Of a stretch of DNA of 64,000 nucleotides, positions 39,526-52,097 are shown piece after piece. The notes under the pieces are model-generated. The model was given only the letters and a program-made list of their open reading frames with translations. It ran no database searches and had not been told where the DNA came from. The stretch lies in contig CM060731.1 in assembly GCA_030704615.1 (NCBI GenBank), positions 75,206,001-75,270,000 of the forward strand, given 5' to 3'. How positions within the stretch are numbered: the stretch's first letter is position 1; each line of letters opens with the position of its first letter. Source of the DNA: Takakia lepidozioides. Its lineage: Eukaryota; Plantae; Bryophyta. Made by a program: the position numbers and the translations under genes.

Positions 39526-40750
39526 TTGGAGAAATACCAGGATGTGATGCCGGAGGATTTACCAAGCGGCTTGCCACCGCGAAGAGGAGTTGACCACAAC
39601 ATTAAGGTGATACCGGGATCGGAGCCGCCTGCCAAGGCGCCTTACCGGTTGAGCCACAGAGAGTTGGTCGAGCTGAAGGCTCAGCTCAAGGATCTAATGT
39701 CAAAGGGGTACATCCGGCTGAGTAAGTCACCTTACGGAGCCCCGGTGCTATTCGCAGACAATAAAGATGGGACGCTGCGGATGTGTGTCGATTATAGGGC
39801 TCTGAATAAGGTGACTATAAAAAACTGGTACCCTTTGCCAAGGATCAACGACCTCTTCGATCGATTGGCAGGAGCAAAGTATTGCAGCCGGATCGATTTG
39901 CGCTCTGGCTACCATCAAATCCAAGTGGCGGAAGAAGATGAGGAGAAGACCGCGTGCAGGACAAGATATGGTTCGTATGAGTTCTTGGTGATGTCTTTTG
40001 GGCTCACCAACGCACCCGCGACCTTTAGCACACTATGAACAACATTTTCCAGGAGTGGTTGGATGACTTTGTGATCGTGTACATCGACGACATCTTGGTG
40101 TACTCAAAAACAAAGGAGGAGCACCTGGAGCACCTCAAAAGGGTGTTCCAGAAATTGCGGGAAGAGAAGCTGTATGCCAAAGCTTCAAAGTGCGAATTCG
40201 GGTTAGAAAAGTGGAGTTCCTAAGGCATGTGATTACACAGGATGGGATCAAAATGGATGACAGAAAGGTGAGGGCGATCTTGGACTGGGAGCCTCCGACT
40301 TTGGTCCCGGGAGTGCGATCCTTCCTAGGACTCGCCTCCTATTACCGAAAGTATTTGAGAAATTTCGCCAAGATCCCGGGGCCGCTGTCGGACCTTCTGT
40401 GTAAATCCAAAGTATGGGTATGGAACACCTTTTGTGGAACACCTTTTGAGATTCATACGGATGCGTCGGACTTCGCAATAGGGGGTGTGCTCATGGAGGA
40501 TGGATGTCCAGTGGCTTACGAAAGTAAGAAACTGAATGAAGTGGAGCGAAGGTGGGCCTACGCACGAGAAAGAAATGAAGGCGGTAGAGCATTGCCTTGA
40601 GCATTGGCACCACTATGTTGGTTCCAACCCGGCGAAGGTGTTCACGGACAATGTCACGGTGAAGTATTTTGCCATGCAACCTAAGTTGTCCCCAAAACAA
40701 CGTAGGTGGCAAGACACTTTGGCGGTGTTCGATGTGGATATCCAGTATAC
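39526..40750 (+). pseudogene. pol: RT/RNase H of the outer chromovirus
   Basis: [43 protein letters not shown]; frameshifted. Confidence 0.95.
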
Positions 40751-40870
40751 AGTTGGGCAGTCTAGGTACCAACCACAGTCTCTGAAGTGACAAGGACTCC
40801 AGTCCTTCAATATCCCTGCAGTGTACATGGTTGGATCGTTTGCAAGGTCCGACCACATGTCAAGATAGTG
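40751..40870 (-). pseudogene. Second, diverged fragment of the ParB-methyltransferase gene family
   Basis: YLDMWSDLANDPTMYTAGILKDWSPCHFRDCGWYLDCP aligns with FLDLWLVPAGNQTMFTTGILHDWGPDHLSACGWYLDCP at ~19663-19776. Confidence 0.8.
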
Positions 40871-41629
40871 GGAACTGGTGAAATTAATTTGCATGATGAG
40901 CATAACATTTGTGCCATGAATCTCACCCACATCCACTGGGCTGATTGTTGTGAAAGTCCATGCGTAGACTAGAATCAACATGTTCAATGTTGAGATGCCC
41001 CTGAGTTTCCTGTCACCAACTAGCATACCTGGCAATCTGAGTGGCTTGTAATGACCAATAGAATCCATCTTTCAGCATTTGAAAGGAGAGGCATCCATCT
41101 CTGTGGCCCACAATTCCACAAGAAATTGCTTTACTACTTTCAACAATTCACTGAGCTTCCAGCCAATCATGATAGGAGGGATACAAATTGCTCACATATA
41201 CAGGGGCTCAGATGGTCCAGGGCTGGCTTCATATGCATTGAACTCTAAGCCAAATTACTTGGGGTAAAATTCTTATATATAGAGGTCACATTGGAGGGTT
41301 GCAGATGGTCCAGGGCTAGCTACTCCACCTGCAGTCTCTATAATTGCCCACTTCGTCATCTCACTTCCACCTCTGTCTCTCTCATTCTTAACTCCCTCCT
41401 GACCCTCGCTACCTGAAGACAATATTCAATTTTTGACTCACTGTCTTGGGTACTCTGACCAGACACCCTCTTCAAATCCATTCAAGGATAAACTTGTGCA
41501 TGTACCTTTGTTTACCAACTTTGAATATGTTGAGGCTGAACCAAAGCTCAGCCCCTTTCACACTCTAGTAGTGGGAATTACTTTGATAGAGCAATTCGTT
41601 TAGGTTTTCCAGATTTCCAGATTCAACTA

Positions 41630-42190
41630 AAGGCACATTTGTTTGCATTTGCAGTGCGTGTGCAAGTCTGGCAGCCCTGGAAAAGTGGAAAGAGATCCAT
41701 GGTGACATCGTCAAATCTGGAATTGTACCAGATGTCATTCTGAACACTGCCCAACGCGATGCTTGCAGGGTATACACAGTAGGGGCGCGGGATGGAGGCT
41801 TTGGAGACCTATGAGCAAATGATGTGCGAAGGGGTGAAGCCCGACCACATCACGTTTGTGTGTGTTTGCAGTGCGTGTGCAAGCCTGGCTGTCTGGAAAA
41901 TGGCAAAGAGGTCCATGGTTGCATCGTCAAAGCTGGAATTGTACCAGATGTCATCCTGAACACTACCCTGGTGGACATGTATGCCAAATGTGGGAGCATT
42001 GAGGATATGGAGGGAGTTTTCCACACTAAGCTGAACGAGATTTGGTGTCGAGGAATGCCATACTTGCAGGGTATGCACAGCAGGGGCGTGTGATGGAGGC
42101 CTTGGAGACCTATGAGCAAATGATGTGCGAAGGGGTGAAGCCCGACCACATCATGTTTGTGTGCGTTTGCAATGCGTGTGCAAGCCTGGG
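41630..42190 (+). pseudogene. PLS-class PPR gene remnant
   Basis: GVKPDHITFVCVCSACASL...GKEVHGCIVKAGIVPDVILNTTLVDMYAKCGSIED...NAILAGYAQQG; frameshifted. Confidence 0.85.
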
Positions 42191-42885
42191 TCTGTTCCCG
42201 TGTTTTTTGTGGTCTTTGTCATAGCATCTCCCTGTTTTGGTTTTATCTTATAGTCCTATGCCCATGTAGCTCCCTTGGTAAGCTAATAAGATTAACCTAC
42301 TTACGAAGGGCATAGCTGTATTCCAGAGAACTTTGTTGAGCAGGTTGTCATTGTCAGATGCTAGCAGCAAGACAAGGATGTATGCATGATTTGTGCAGAG
42401 GCATGGATAGCTGAAGGAGCAGGGATAGAGTGTGGGTCCAGATTCATCCAAGGGTACTGGACTTCAAGCTCCAGATTACCTATGATTCGGGGGTTGCTAT
42501 TCCATGAGCTCATGAGCTCATGAGCGGGCATGGCTCACCCATGAGCCGCCATGTAACACACTTCGAATTTCGGCAGATTTTTTTCGGGCCCAAAACTATA
42601 AAATAATCGAAAGTAGTATAAGAAGAGAAGGTTTTCGAAGATTTCCGCGCTCATGCTGGAAGCACTCCGCTCATAAGTACCAGTGTCCGCTCATGACTTG
42701 GAGCCCAAGCTCATGGACCGCCAGGCCAGGTCATAGAAAAACTGAATTCTGGGCAATAACGGCACCGAAATTACCCCAGAGGAAGGGACGCAAGCAAAAT
42801 TAGGATCCGGGTTTGCAGACTCCGAAAACGCAATGGCGACCTATAACCGTGGATAGTACTGTTGCAGAAGTGCAGGATGGTTGGG

Positions 42886-43168
42886 TATAACGGCGCCGTA
42901 ATTGGGCAGAGGAAAAGAAATAGCCGGCTGAAGGCTCGGGAGTGAAGCCAATAACGGTGCCGAAATTGGGCTCCGCCAACCAAATACCCGGCTGAAGCCT
43001 CCGGAGTGCAGCCAATAACGGCGCCGAATTGGGCCCCGGAAACCAAATATTCGGCTGAAGCCACCGGAGTGCAGCCGATAACGGCGCCGAAATTGGGGTC
43101 CGGAAACCAAATACCCGGTTGAAGGCTGGGGAGTGCAATCAATAACGGCGCCGAAATTGGGCTCCGGA
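42886..43168. repeat. ~62-bp tandem repeat (4.5 units)
   Basis: ATAACGGCGCCGAAATTGGG..CCG.AAACCAAATA..CGG.TGAAG...GGAGTGCAGCC repeated. Confidence 0.9.
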
Positions 43169-43401
43169 GAGCAAATACCTGCCTTACGGTGAGGGAGTTT
43201 TGCAAACTGTCCTGAAACTGGTGCGGATTTGTCTAATAAAAACACACATGTCGGAGGAAATAGAAGTTTTGCCGCATACGACATTGATAGTGCAGCAATG
43301 ATATATCCCTCTTCCGCCGGCCTCGCTCTCATTTTGCTCTTCACTCTTCTCTGTTATGTCCATCTCCTCCCTGCTCTGTGTTCTTGCTGTGTCGTGAGGC
43401 C

Positions 43402-43923
43402 ATGTCGTGCCCGAATCACATCTATCGACGCCAAACGGGAGTCATTGTCCGAAAAACAGACGACATCATTGTCTTCCTAGATGTTTACAGGGACGATCCT
43501 CGACTTGTACAACTGAGAGCAATGGAGTTTCTTCCAGGATTGCACGATTCTCCTGGACCCCGGCTGGGGAGCAGGTGGTTCCTGCGCATCATGGACCTGG
43601 ACTTTCCGCTTGAGTGGGAGCCGAACAGATCACGCACAGCGTTGCTGTATCGCTGGAACTGTTGCGAGTGGACGTATGATGAGTGCATATGTGAAAACTT
43701 CACGCGTGGACGGACTAGCTCAGAAAGTGGGGACATTCTCTTCAGTTATGAGGATGAGGAGGAGGGGAACACAGGGCCCACTGTGAAAATGTCCTTCTAC
43801 AAAGGGGGCGCTATCGATAAACACGACATCCTCGTTAGTTTCAACCGGGCGACAGAAACCGCTGACATTTTGTTCAAATATCGGCACCCGGTCACTCAGG
43901 AGATCCTTGAGAGGCCAGTTTGA
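43402..43923 (+). CDS. Uncharacterised 173-aa ORF inside the Mutator-like element
   Basis: Uninterrupted ATG-TGA ORF with globular-looking composition (MSCPNHIYRR...ILERPV); no family recognised. Confidence 0.45.
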   Translation: MSCPNHIYRRQTGVIVRKTDDIIVFLDVYRDDPRLVQLRAMEFLPGLHDSPGPRLGSRWFLRIMDLDFPLEWEPNRSRTALLYRWNCCEWTYDECICENFTRGRTSSESGDILFSYEDEEEGNTGPTVKMSFYKGGAIDKHDILVSFNRATETADILFKYRHPVTQEILERPV

Positions 43924-44639
43924 GTTCCTTCTTCTTGGGCGAGGGGACCATAGGTCTTGCATGCTAGAGTAGACATGTTTCGACTCACCGACACTCATAG
44001 CACATACATTTTGCTTTAGAAATCAAGTAGCTTCCCTGTGCCATATGGGGAATATACATGCTTGGATAATCTTCTGTTAAGGTTTTTTGCAATTCACTGC
44101 CAGTATGCTGGGACGTGTCCTTTGTCGTATGGATTGCTGTGTGCACAAGGTGCAGTATGCAAATGCTGGAATGTGCAATAGGACCCTTCCCACTGGGACA
44201 CAAAACTAGCAATCTTGTAAAGGCATCACATTTGCAGAACACTGACAATGTATTGGTAGCAAATCGGAGTTTTCTCATAAAGGTGGACGAAAACGCCAGG
44301 ATGGGCTGCGACATCACCACAAATTGAATAAAGAGTAGTAACAAGGAAGCACTATGCAGTATACAGACCAATAACGGCACTGAAATAGGCCACAATGCCC
44401 GTGTATCTCTACACAATGTATGCTTTCCTCGGATCAATTTATAGACATAATCAAAATAAAAAAAGCATGCCCATGCCATTCACGGCCAAAAACCACATTC
44501 TCATGTATTGCGGCACCGAAATGCACCTGGAGCCATGGCGGTGCGGCACCACCAAGTGTATAATTAGGGTGCAAGAAGATGAATGTGATATAATTGTCAC
44601 TTTCTCCTTCCCGAATGTGGAATGTCAAGCAGTCCAACT

Positions 44640-47600
44640 TGTATCCTGCCGTAGGGCCTTGTGCAGCTCGTTGAAGCTCAGTGTTGGAGCATGGATAAAG
44701 ACGTCCACGCGGATATGCAACTCATGCCCTTCAGAAAAATGTAATAAAGGTGTTTGCAGGGGACGTATGCTGCATTCTTCGATTCCATAACAAGGAAGTC
44801 CTCACAGTTGCAAGCTGGGTACTGAGAAACCGTGATTGTATACATGACACTGCGCGCAGTAGACCCGGCTGTTGACAACTGAAATATGCACCCCATCCCG
44901 GGGTGAGGAACATCCTTGCAACCTTGCACTATGCAAGGCATTGCAAGAGCGTTGGCCATCCTGGTGTCGTTGGCCTTTGTTGGTGGCCGCCGTCTTTTCA
45001 ATTTCCCCCACCGATGGGTGGGCCAAGCTGCGGGGTCACCCACCGGTATATGGGGGCGAAGAACTTCTCGTGGGAGGAGGATGACGACTGGGAATTGGAT
45101 TTCATGGAATGTCTGTCCTCTCCACCAGTCAAAACCCTGCACTTCCTAAAGCGTCTACCTCCTCCAGGGTAAGATCTGTACCAATTGTCACAGACCAGAC
45201 TGCTGGTGGTTCAGGCATGCCTTGTACACCATACTTGGGCTTGCCAAACACACACGACATGATGTCATGCCTGCAGAACCAAAACTCTTTCAGTGTGGCC
45301 TCCACAAACTTTGCGCACAGAAATCTCCCTGTGAAGCAAGGGGCAGGCACACCGCCCTGCGGGCTCCTCCGAATCATCTCATCGCATCTCTGGTTGGTGT
45401 CGACACGAACAACACAACATTTGCCACGAAATGACGGACGGGTCCGTGCAATTCTCCACTGCGAGGCCGACACATCTCACTCCACGATTGGAATGCTGTA
45501 TTGGGTAACGATAATAGGAGCAACATGCTCATCCTCGGCATGTTGTCCCGAGTCTGGCAGCGATTCCATGGATGCTGCAGGAGAGGGGGTACAAGTCCCG
45601 CTGGGAGGAGGCGTGGGACACAACATCGTTGCGCCCCGAGGTTGAGTGCGGATGTTTATATCTGATCTCCATGAATCACCGTCGCCTCCGGGCATGTCCT
45701 CAATTCTTCTCTTCATGCAGACATCGCCCTCCAGGTAGTTCCCCGACTGTGTAACGACGTTGACCTTATTGTTTCCCGCAATGCAGCAGTCCATTTTTTG
45801 GGATCGGTCGAACGATACGCCACCCTCATCAACATCTCCTGCCTGTCTGGTCCGATACCCCATTGCTTTCCTCCCAGAAACTAGTAGTAAAGAGATTGTT
45901 GCATGATGGCCCTCACAATATCTTCTGTTGTTGCTGTCAACATGTCAACGAGATGTGCCGCAGAGGAAGCACACCAGGAAGAGTGCACCGATTTGGCCAT
46001 GTTCGTCGTCGGCATATCCGTGTCATTCTCCAAGCTCATGTCCTGTTAAAGGAAATTAGAAATGTCACTCATTGTGGAGAATGTCGAAGCACAAAACAGA
46101 ACAATTGTCAAGTACAGAAATGTGTTACCTGTCTCATGTAGTCTCCAAACTGGCGGAATCTATAGTGCCACCACGCAAGCCACGTTTGCAGTTCTGGCTG
46201 ATCTTTCACATCCACTGCCCCTGAAGACACCCACCAGGCACGTATGGTTGCAAACTCGGTCTCCGCCTCGTCGATGGAATTCGCATTTTTCCACGCAAGG
46301 CACATACTGATATGATCCTGCCGGTGGCGTGATGCCACGAACCTTTTTGTATTTTGCGTCAAACTCTGCATGAAGTGAAACCCGCAAGATCTCTCCTTAC
46401 CTTCCATTGGAGTCTTTGGGTCGTCCCCATATACCCTTCTTACTGCAGCCCAGTTCGCCTGGGCATTGTCAGCCATGAAGCTCCTAAAATCGGGAGGGGG
46501 CAACTTCGCTCTCGCCATTTGCTCATTAATTCCGTGCCACATATGCAACTCCGAATCTGTGTCTTCTCCTTTCATTTCGCAGATAGCAATGGTCATCAAC
46601 TTTCTGCAATGTAGGTCGTATACATGTGCCCCCATTGTCACCCAATCGTGGTTGGTAATTTGCCTGATGTGGTCGAACAAACCCAGCAATTTGAGAGGTC
46701 TCCACTGGTCATCCGCTTCACCAAATCGACACCGCTCCCCGGTCCGCACGTTGACATCTTAAATATGAAGCACCTGTCCGTCTCTGAGCCTTGACCAGGA
46801 AAGAAGCTGCCCTGGATGAAGTCGTAGCCGCATGTGCGCTTCACTTCCAAGATGGAGTGCATGTCTGATCATCTTCCGATTCGTTTCTTGCAGCATTGTT
46901 CCTGACATTGGGGCTGCATACATGGGAGACAGCTTCCAGCAGCTCCTTCATGTCCCCCTCGCCCAGCTTCTCTCTTGTGCTTCCGTCCTCCGACTATTCT
47001 GCCAATTGCAATTCTATGTGCGGATGCGAGCTGTATCTGCTTTGGTTTTGCTCCCGGCCTCAATCTCACCTCCTCCTTGATAATATCGTGGGCTTGTTGA
47101 AAAGCGACTCTGCAATTGCCTCTGGCGATGGGGTGGTCATGTTTTCCGATGTGAATGCATGCTCTGGTGCACGCTGGGCCGACGGTCCCGACGTAGTACT
47201 GCTTGGCGTTGCACACTGCCATACACGTAGGGGCTGCGTTGCAATGGGCACACTTGAACGTCCCTGCAGGAACTCTACCTTGAGGCCAAAATAGGGTCGA
47301 CGAATTGTCAATTCAGTCTGTCTCATTCCGGGTGCCTTTGCTCATGTAGTGGTAACATGTGCTCGAGAAACATTTAAGTTGCCCAACACACAATACATAT
47401 CTCACTCGAACTCCATCACCCAGGTTGGACGATGAAGTTTTGGTGACACACCAAGGGTGGCTGTTATGTTTTTTGTTCATTCCTGCCAGCATGCCGTCTG
47501 GGCCTGCGCTTGTCGGCACTGGAGGGAACTCGTAGATATCATTCTCATCCACAACTTCAGGCAAAGTTTCCACAGAATGGATTGGAGTTTTGTCGTAATC

Positions 47601-48224
47601 AAGCCTAAGAAGGTCACTGGAGCGGGAACTCGCTGTCTTCATCCTCCGCAATATGTCGATTACTGAGCGGACGAAAGTTGAGTCGGAGGGTGTGTGCTCA
47701 TTGTTTGCCGACATCTGAACACTCCTAGTGACGGACGACTTCGAAACATACGATGGAAGGACCATACAGTCTTCATCGTCACTGGATAAGTCGTGGACGA
47801 CTGTTTCCCTGTTTTCCTCGATTTCCTTTTTCAGCTTCTCTGCTTGTGAAGAGATACCCACATCCTTCATTGCAGACTTCACATCTTGCACGCCAGACCC
47901 TCTTGTGGAAGGAGGATCAACCAAGTTCCAGCGTGGGAACTCCTTAGGCACGATTTCACCAATTGCATTGTACCGGATGGATTCAGAAGCTGGGAGCCGC
48001 CACTCTTTGCCCTTTCCGAAATCTGCATGCAGAATGACGGCACTTTCCAGAAAATTTCCATAAGCATCCTTCGTCTCCTCTTCCAAAAACATCGTTCCAG
48101 GGCGGAGCCCGAACTTCACACACAAGTACTGCTCAGTGACAATCGCAAATCTTTGGTCGCAGGATATTTTAGCTTTCAGATAATCAGGATGGAAGTACAC
48201 GTTTACCCAAACACGGGAGTCCAT
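44640..48224 (-). pseudogene. MULE transposase: GCM-like N-terminal zinc domain, DDE core and SWIM
   Basis: CVGQLKCFSSTC...KCAHC...CMAVC...HIGKHDHP; FDH, FMADNAQANWAAV, CGFHFMQS; SWIM CNCEDF...PCKHLYY. Stops and frameshifts present. Confidence 0.85.
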
Positions 48225-48719
48225 GTTGAAGACGGCAACTCTCGGTACGCTCCGCAGCGAAGTCCTGCAATGAGAAGAGTGTGTCCTACATAATACCACA
48301 ATCATTTTCTGGAGGATTCTGTATCCAACAAGATGGGTGATCAGTGCACGTATGGATGAAGGTATGTAACGTACGTTACAAATACGGACGACCACAGCAA
48401 ATTCACATCGGATATTGGGTGCCTGAATTGTGATGTACCACCAGTTAGGCTACAATAAATCAGGCCTTTGCTTGCCCCCAAACCATGGGCAAATGAGGCT
48501 TGGAGACTGATAGAAATGCACAAGAAAGCTGCCTCAAGGATTTGCAATGGGAAGAGGACCACATTGACTTGAAGTACAAGTGCTTTTCAAAAGAGGCATG
48601 ATTGTCCATATTGAGGAAACCTAGGAATATTGCAAGGATGAGTTTGAGACCTGCAACGAAGAGGGTCACAAGGAGCAGGATTCAACTGTTAACTGAACCT
48701 GCTGACTGCTTGCAATGAG

Positions 48720-49150
48720 ACATGGTTGAGCAATATTTCCCAACACAAAAATGCAAACTACATATTCCCACATTTTTGCACAGGTGTCAACAAGGGAGCC
48801 TCTAGGGTCATACCTGGAGCAATCCCACTTTTCAACAGTCTAGTATGATCCTATTTACCCTTACCCAGGGCTCCCAGGGTGGCACACGCATCGACAGAAG
48901 TGAAATGACTTTTTGGGCATCATTCATTTACATGGGATTAGCTCATAGATCCTCCTCTCCCTACCATGCTGAATGGCCTTCAATGAGATAATATTGCTTC
49001 TTTAGAGCTACTTCAACCTTCAAGTTCCCATATTTGGCATACATGTCGGCAAGGGCAATTTCCAGAGTGATTTCTGGTGCAATTCCAGCTTTTGATGATG
49101 TTAAGTATGAAATCTTGTCCAAGGCTCCAAGACTCGCATGAGTATTGCAA
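48720..49150 (-). pseudogene. Highly decayed PPR remnant
   Basis: ASLGALD...AGIAPEITLEIALADMYAKYGNL; a second DTCAKMW-like block near 48770. Confidence 0.55.
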
Positions 49151-50385
49151 AGAGAACCATACCTTCTAACTGTCTTCCCCAGAGTTGTACCCCAGAAATT
49201 GCAGGGTGCAGAATTCTTCAGTCTTAATTCACTTACAATTTCTCTAGAGACAGCCGATGGACCTCTTGGAGTTGGGCTGAGCATTCAGAAATGATGTCTA
49301 TATCCATAGTGTACAGCATGTGTAGCCCATTGACTTTCTCAAATATCGACTACCAACCCATACTCAGGTAAAACCCTACTTGGCTGCCTCCAATGACAAA
49401 ACACTGCATAATAGAATTATGGCTTAGCTGAACAAAGGATTACTGTGTGAGAGAACTTGCTAAAGGATGTTGGCGGTAACCCAGAACTTGGTGCTCAGTC
49501 ACCTCCAACATTGTATGCTCCAAAACACTCATGAAGCCTCTGAAACTCCATAAAATCCTGCTCCCTCTCATATATCCCTTGCTCATTGTGACTCTTTCTC
49601 TACATCTGCCTATCCATCTAAAGGTGTGTGAAGGCTTCTGTGTTAGGCCTAACCAGCACCAGCTCCTAGTCCTATGTAAAGCACATGCAAAACAAATGAC
49701 ATTCTTCCCCTCTCCATTTGGGATACTCGATGAGGCGACTGAGAAAACAAGTGACAGAAGCGAGGCCTACACGCTTGATGCACTTAGCACATCTTCAAAT
49801 TGCGACTTAATCAGTGGAGAAGTGCCAGAGTAACCTTTATTTCCTTGTTGACAAGCTGCTGTAACCTTCATCTGATTTGACAGCATAAGCCAAATCTCTG
49901 CAAGCAACTCGAGCATAATTGTAAGCAACAAAAATGAGGAATGCCTTATGACTCTTCAACCGTCTCCTGACACTGAGTTGCAACCATCCTCAAATTAAAT
50001 TCGTGAGCATATTCCTAAACCTAAGACTTGCCAGATCTTCAAATCTCCACCCTACAAATGCCTTCACGAAGTTTTCAGAGCATAAGGACTTGGAAGGAAC
50101 AATGCGTTTCCACTGCCCATTCTCCTGCCTTTTTCCCTCTTCTCTTAATTAACGAGCTGACCTAGTCTCGAATACTGCAATTCTTCTCCATCATCCCCCG
50201 ATCCATCTCTTCTCCTTTAAATGAAGTTAGACAGCGCAGAAAAGGCCCAGGTCCTCACAGAACGAGGCAAATTGTAGGTATCAAAAGATGCTCCAGCTCT
50301 AGTTTCTCCATAAACATCACCTGACAGAGGCCACCAGCTAAACAACCATCAGCCTTCCCCTCATATCAGAGACAAAAGCACAGAT

Positions 50386-50697
50386 CTACTCTTCTGCGGC
50401 CAGACGCGCCAGGGCCTCCTTCCGCGCCCAGGTCTCGATGCGTGTGTCCGGCTTGGCCGAAAGCCCTACCGTGAGCAGAATGGTGGTAATAATCCCAGTT
50501 GCATAGTAGGGCAATTCCCAGTCTTCCCATTTCCGCTTCTGTCCCCTTGGAGGTGGGCTCTCGGCGAAAAGATATCCAGAGGGGTCGTTTTTCCCGGGCC
50601 CCCACCAGCTGCCTCCATCACTGTGACCCCCTCTCAACCTCTTAGTCTGGAGAACTCGCTGCACAGTCCCCCTTGCTGCTCCCCACGCCATCACCAT
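50386..50697 (-). CDS. NDUFB11: Mitochondrial complex I ESSS subunit (NADH dehydrogenase 1 beta subcomplex 11), single exon
   Basis: LRGG...PSGYLFAESPPPRGQKRKWEDWELPYY, a TM helix and AKPDTRIETWARKEALARL. Start at ATG 50697 or 50691. Confidence 0.9.
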   Translation of the reverse strand: MVMAWGAARGTVQRVLQTKRLRGGHSDGGSWWGPGKNDPSGYLFAESPPPRGQKRKWEDWELPYYATGIITTILLTVGLSAKPDTRIETWARKEALARLAAEE

Positions 50698-51320
50698 CGC
50701 GCCCCTCCTTGTTGCCCTCTCTCTCTTCCTTCCCCTTCTGTGTGCGTTTCTACCTTTCTTCTTTCTCTGGAGAACAGAGACAAAGAGAGAGGTGAATATA
50801 CTCTTATGGATGAAAGATGCCGAGGAGATCCAGGAATAGTAAAGGAACAAAACAGTAGTGGATGGATTGCCGGCGAAATCTGCTGTTATATCATGGCCGA
50901 GGAAGAGAGACAACCTGTGAAGACTAGGGAGTGAGAGGTGATGATGGGTCGAATACACCTTGTGTTTAGACGTTTAGACAAAGCAGGTGAGAGTGATGAA
51001 TAGCTTTGTAAGGAAAGCAGGTACTTAATCATACTAAGACTGTAACGATCCTCCTGCGTACTTGTAACAATGATGCTGCTCCTTCCTCCACAGCCATCAA
51101 TACTGAGCTTGTAACGTCAAACAAGACTCTGGGGTGCTGGCAATGGGCCAAGCCACCATCTCCGAGTCTGATACACAGCTTCGGCGATTCGGCGTGAAGA
51201 ATGTGGGGGATTGCTGGGTATATGAAGGCCTTTCTCCCCCGCTCTCTCTCTCAGAGTTGCCAAGTTATCATAACCCACAACACCTACTGTGGGTGGAGCA
51301 GGATGCAGAGGTCCACCAGA

Positions 51321-51746
51321 ATGCATGCCGCAGTGTGGTTGACACTGTGGGTGGTTTTCGCAATGGCAGTGACCAGCTTCAGATCTATCAATGCAGCAGA
51401 GAAGCGATGTGTGTGTCAATGGGATCAGTCTGTGAGCATTTGCCTGAGTGATTCTGCCAGCAGCTGTCCTGAAGGCTACCAACCAGAATGTGTGCGTCTC
51501 TCTCGACACAAGCCCGCTGGGAACGTCTGCCGTAAGCATCTGAAACAATACACCATGGATCAGTCCATACAATTTACTGCAAATCTCTTAAGATCCCTTG
51601 ATGCAATGCAACATGTTCTTCCTCTCCAACACCATCACAGTCCCAGCACTCTAGAGTCCTTTTGTCGAATGTTGGGTGCAGATGAACTAAACTCTGCCTC
51701 TTTGATGTCTTGTGCCACAGATTGTGTGTGTGTGCAAGGGGACTGA
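51321..51746 (+). CDS. Putative secreted cysteine-rich protein (141 aa, 10 Cys)
   Basis: Signal-peptide-like MHAAVWLTLWVVFAMAVTSFRSINAA; CxC at both ends of the mature region; intact ORF. Confidence 0.55.
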   Translation: MHAAVWLTLWVVFAMAVTSFRSINAAEKRCVCQWDQSVSICLSDSASSCPEGYQPECVRLSRHKPAGNVCRKHLKQYTMDQSIQFTANLLRSLDAMQHVLPLQHHHSPSTLESFCRMLGADELNSASLMSCATDCVCVQGD

Positions 51747-52097
51747 ATGCCATCTCCAGCAACCCAGCATCACAGTGTAGACCGGTTAGGAAGGATGACT
51801 AAATCCTTCTGTATTTGATTGTTCATGACTTGGATGGAACTGGAGGATCCAATAGCATTTTTGTCTGGAGGCGATGTTGTTCATTGTGTATCAAGTGAAT
51901 GGCTGAGATTCTTCGCCCGGCATTGACCATATTTCTCCTACAGATGAGATTGATACAAAAGGCCATAATCAATTTAATGTCATAATTTGTTATAACTACC
52001 CACCTGTGTATGTTTCCCTTATTGCTTTCAACATCTTCCTCAACCTCTTCAACTCCTAACCTCTCCAAACATTGTGCCATACTCTTTAAGAGCAGAG

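Larger units (their letters stand above)
23086..40750 (+). mobile_element. Outer chromovirus-type Gypsy copy (partial 5' LTR 23086-23623, gag, protease, [nested insertion], RT/RNase H), 3'-truncated
   Basis: PBS TGGTATCAC at 23626; gag KPKEPGTFEG...; CFNCGEPGYMAKKC; LLVDTEASHSF. Sequence resumes at 39365 and is cut at ~40750 after DVDIQY. Confidence 0.9.
42489..48400 (-). mobile_element. Second Mutator-like element (one terminus, 62-bp repeats, orphan ORF, transposase); other end not found
   Basis: Terminus GGGGGTTGCTATTCCATGAGCTC interrupts LINE-derived sequence. Transposase is homologous to 14821-16990. Confidence 0.75.

Noticed and set aside
50698-50958. N-terminal extension of the ESSS ORF (190 aa in the track)
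   Set aside because: Non-ATG start and low-complexity UTR-like sequence; the protein-like region begins at ATG 50697/50691.
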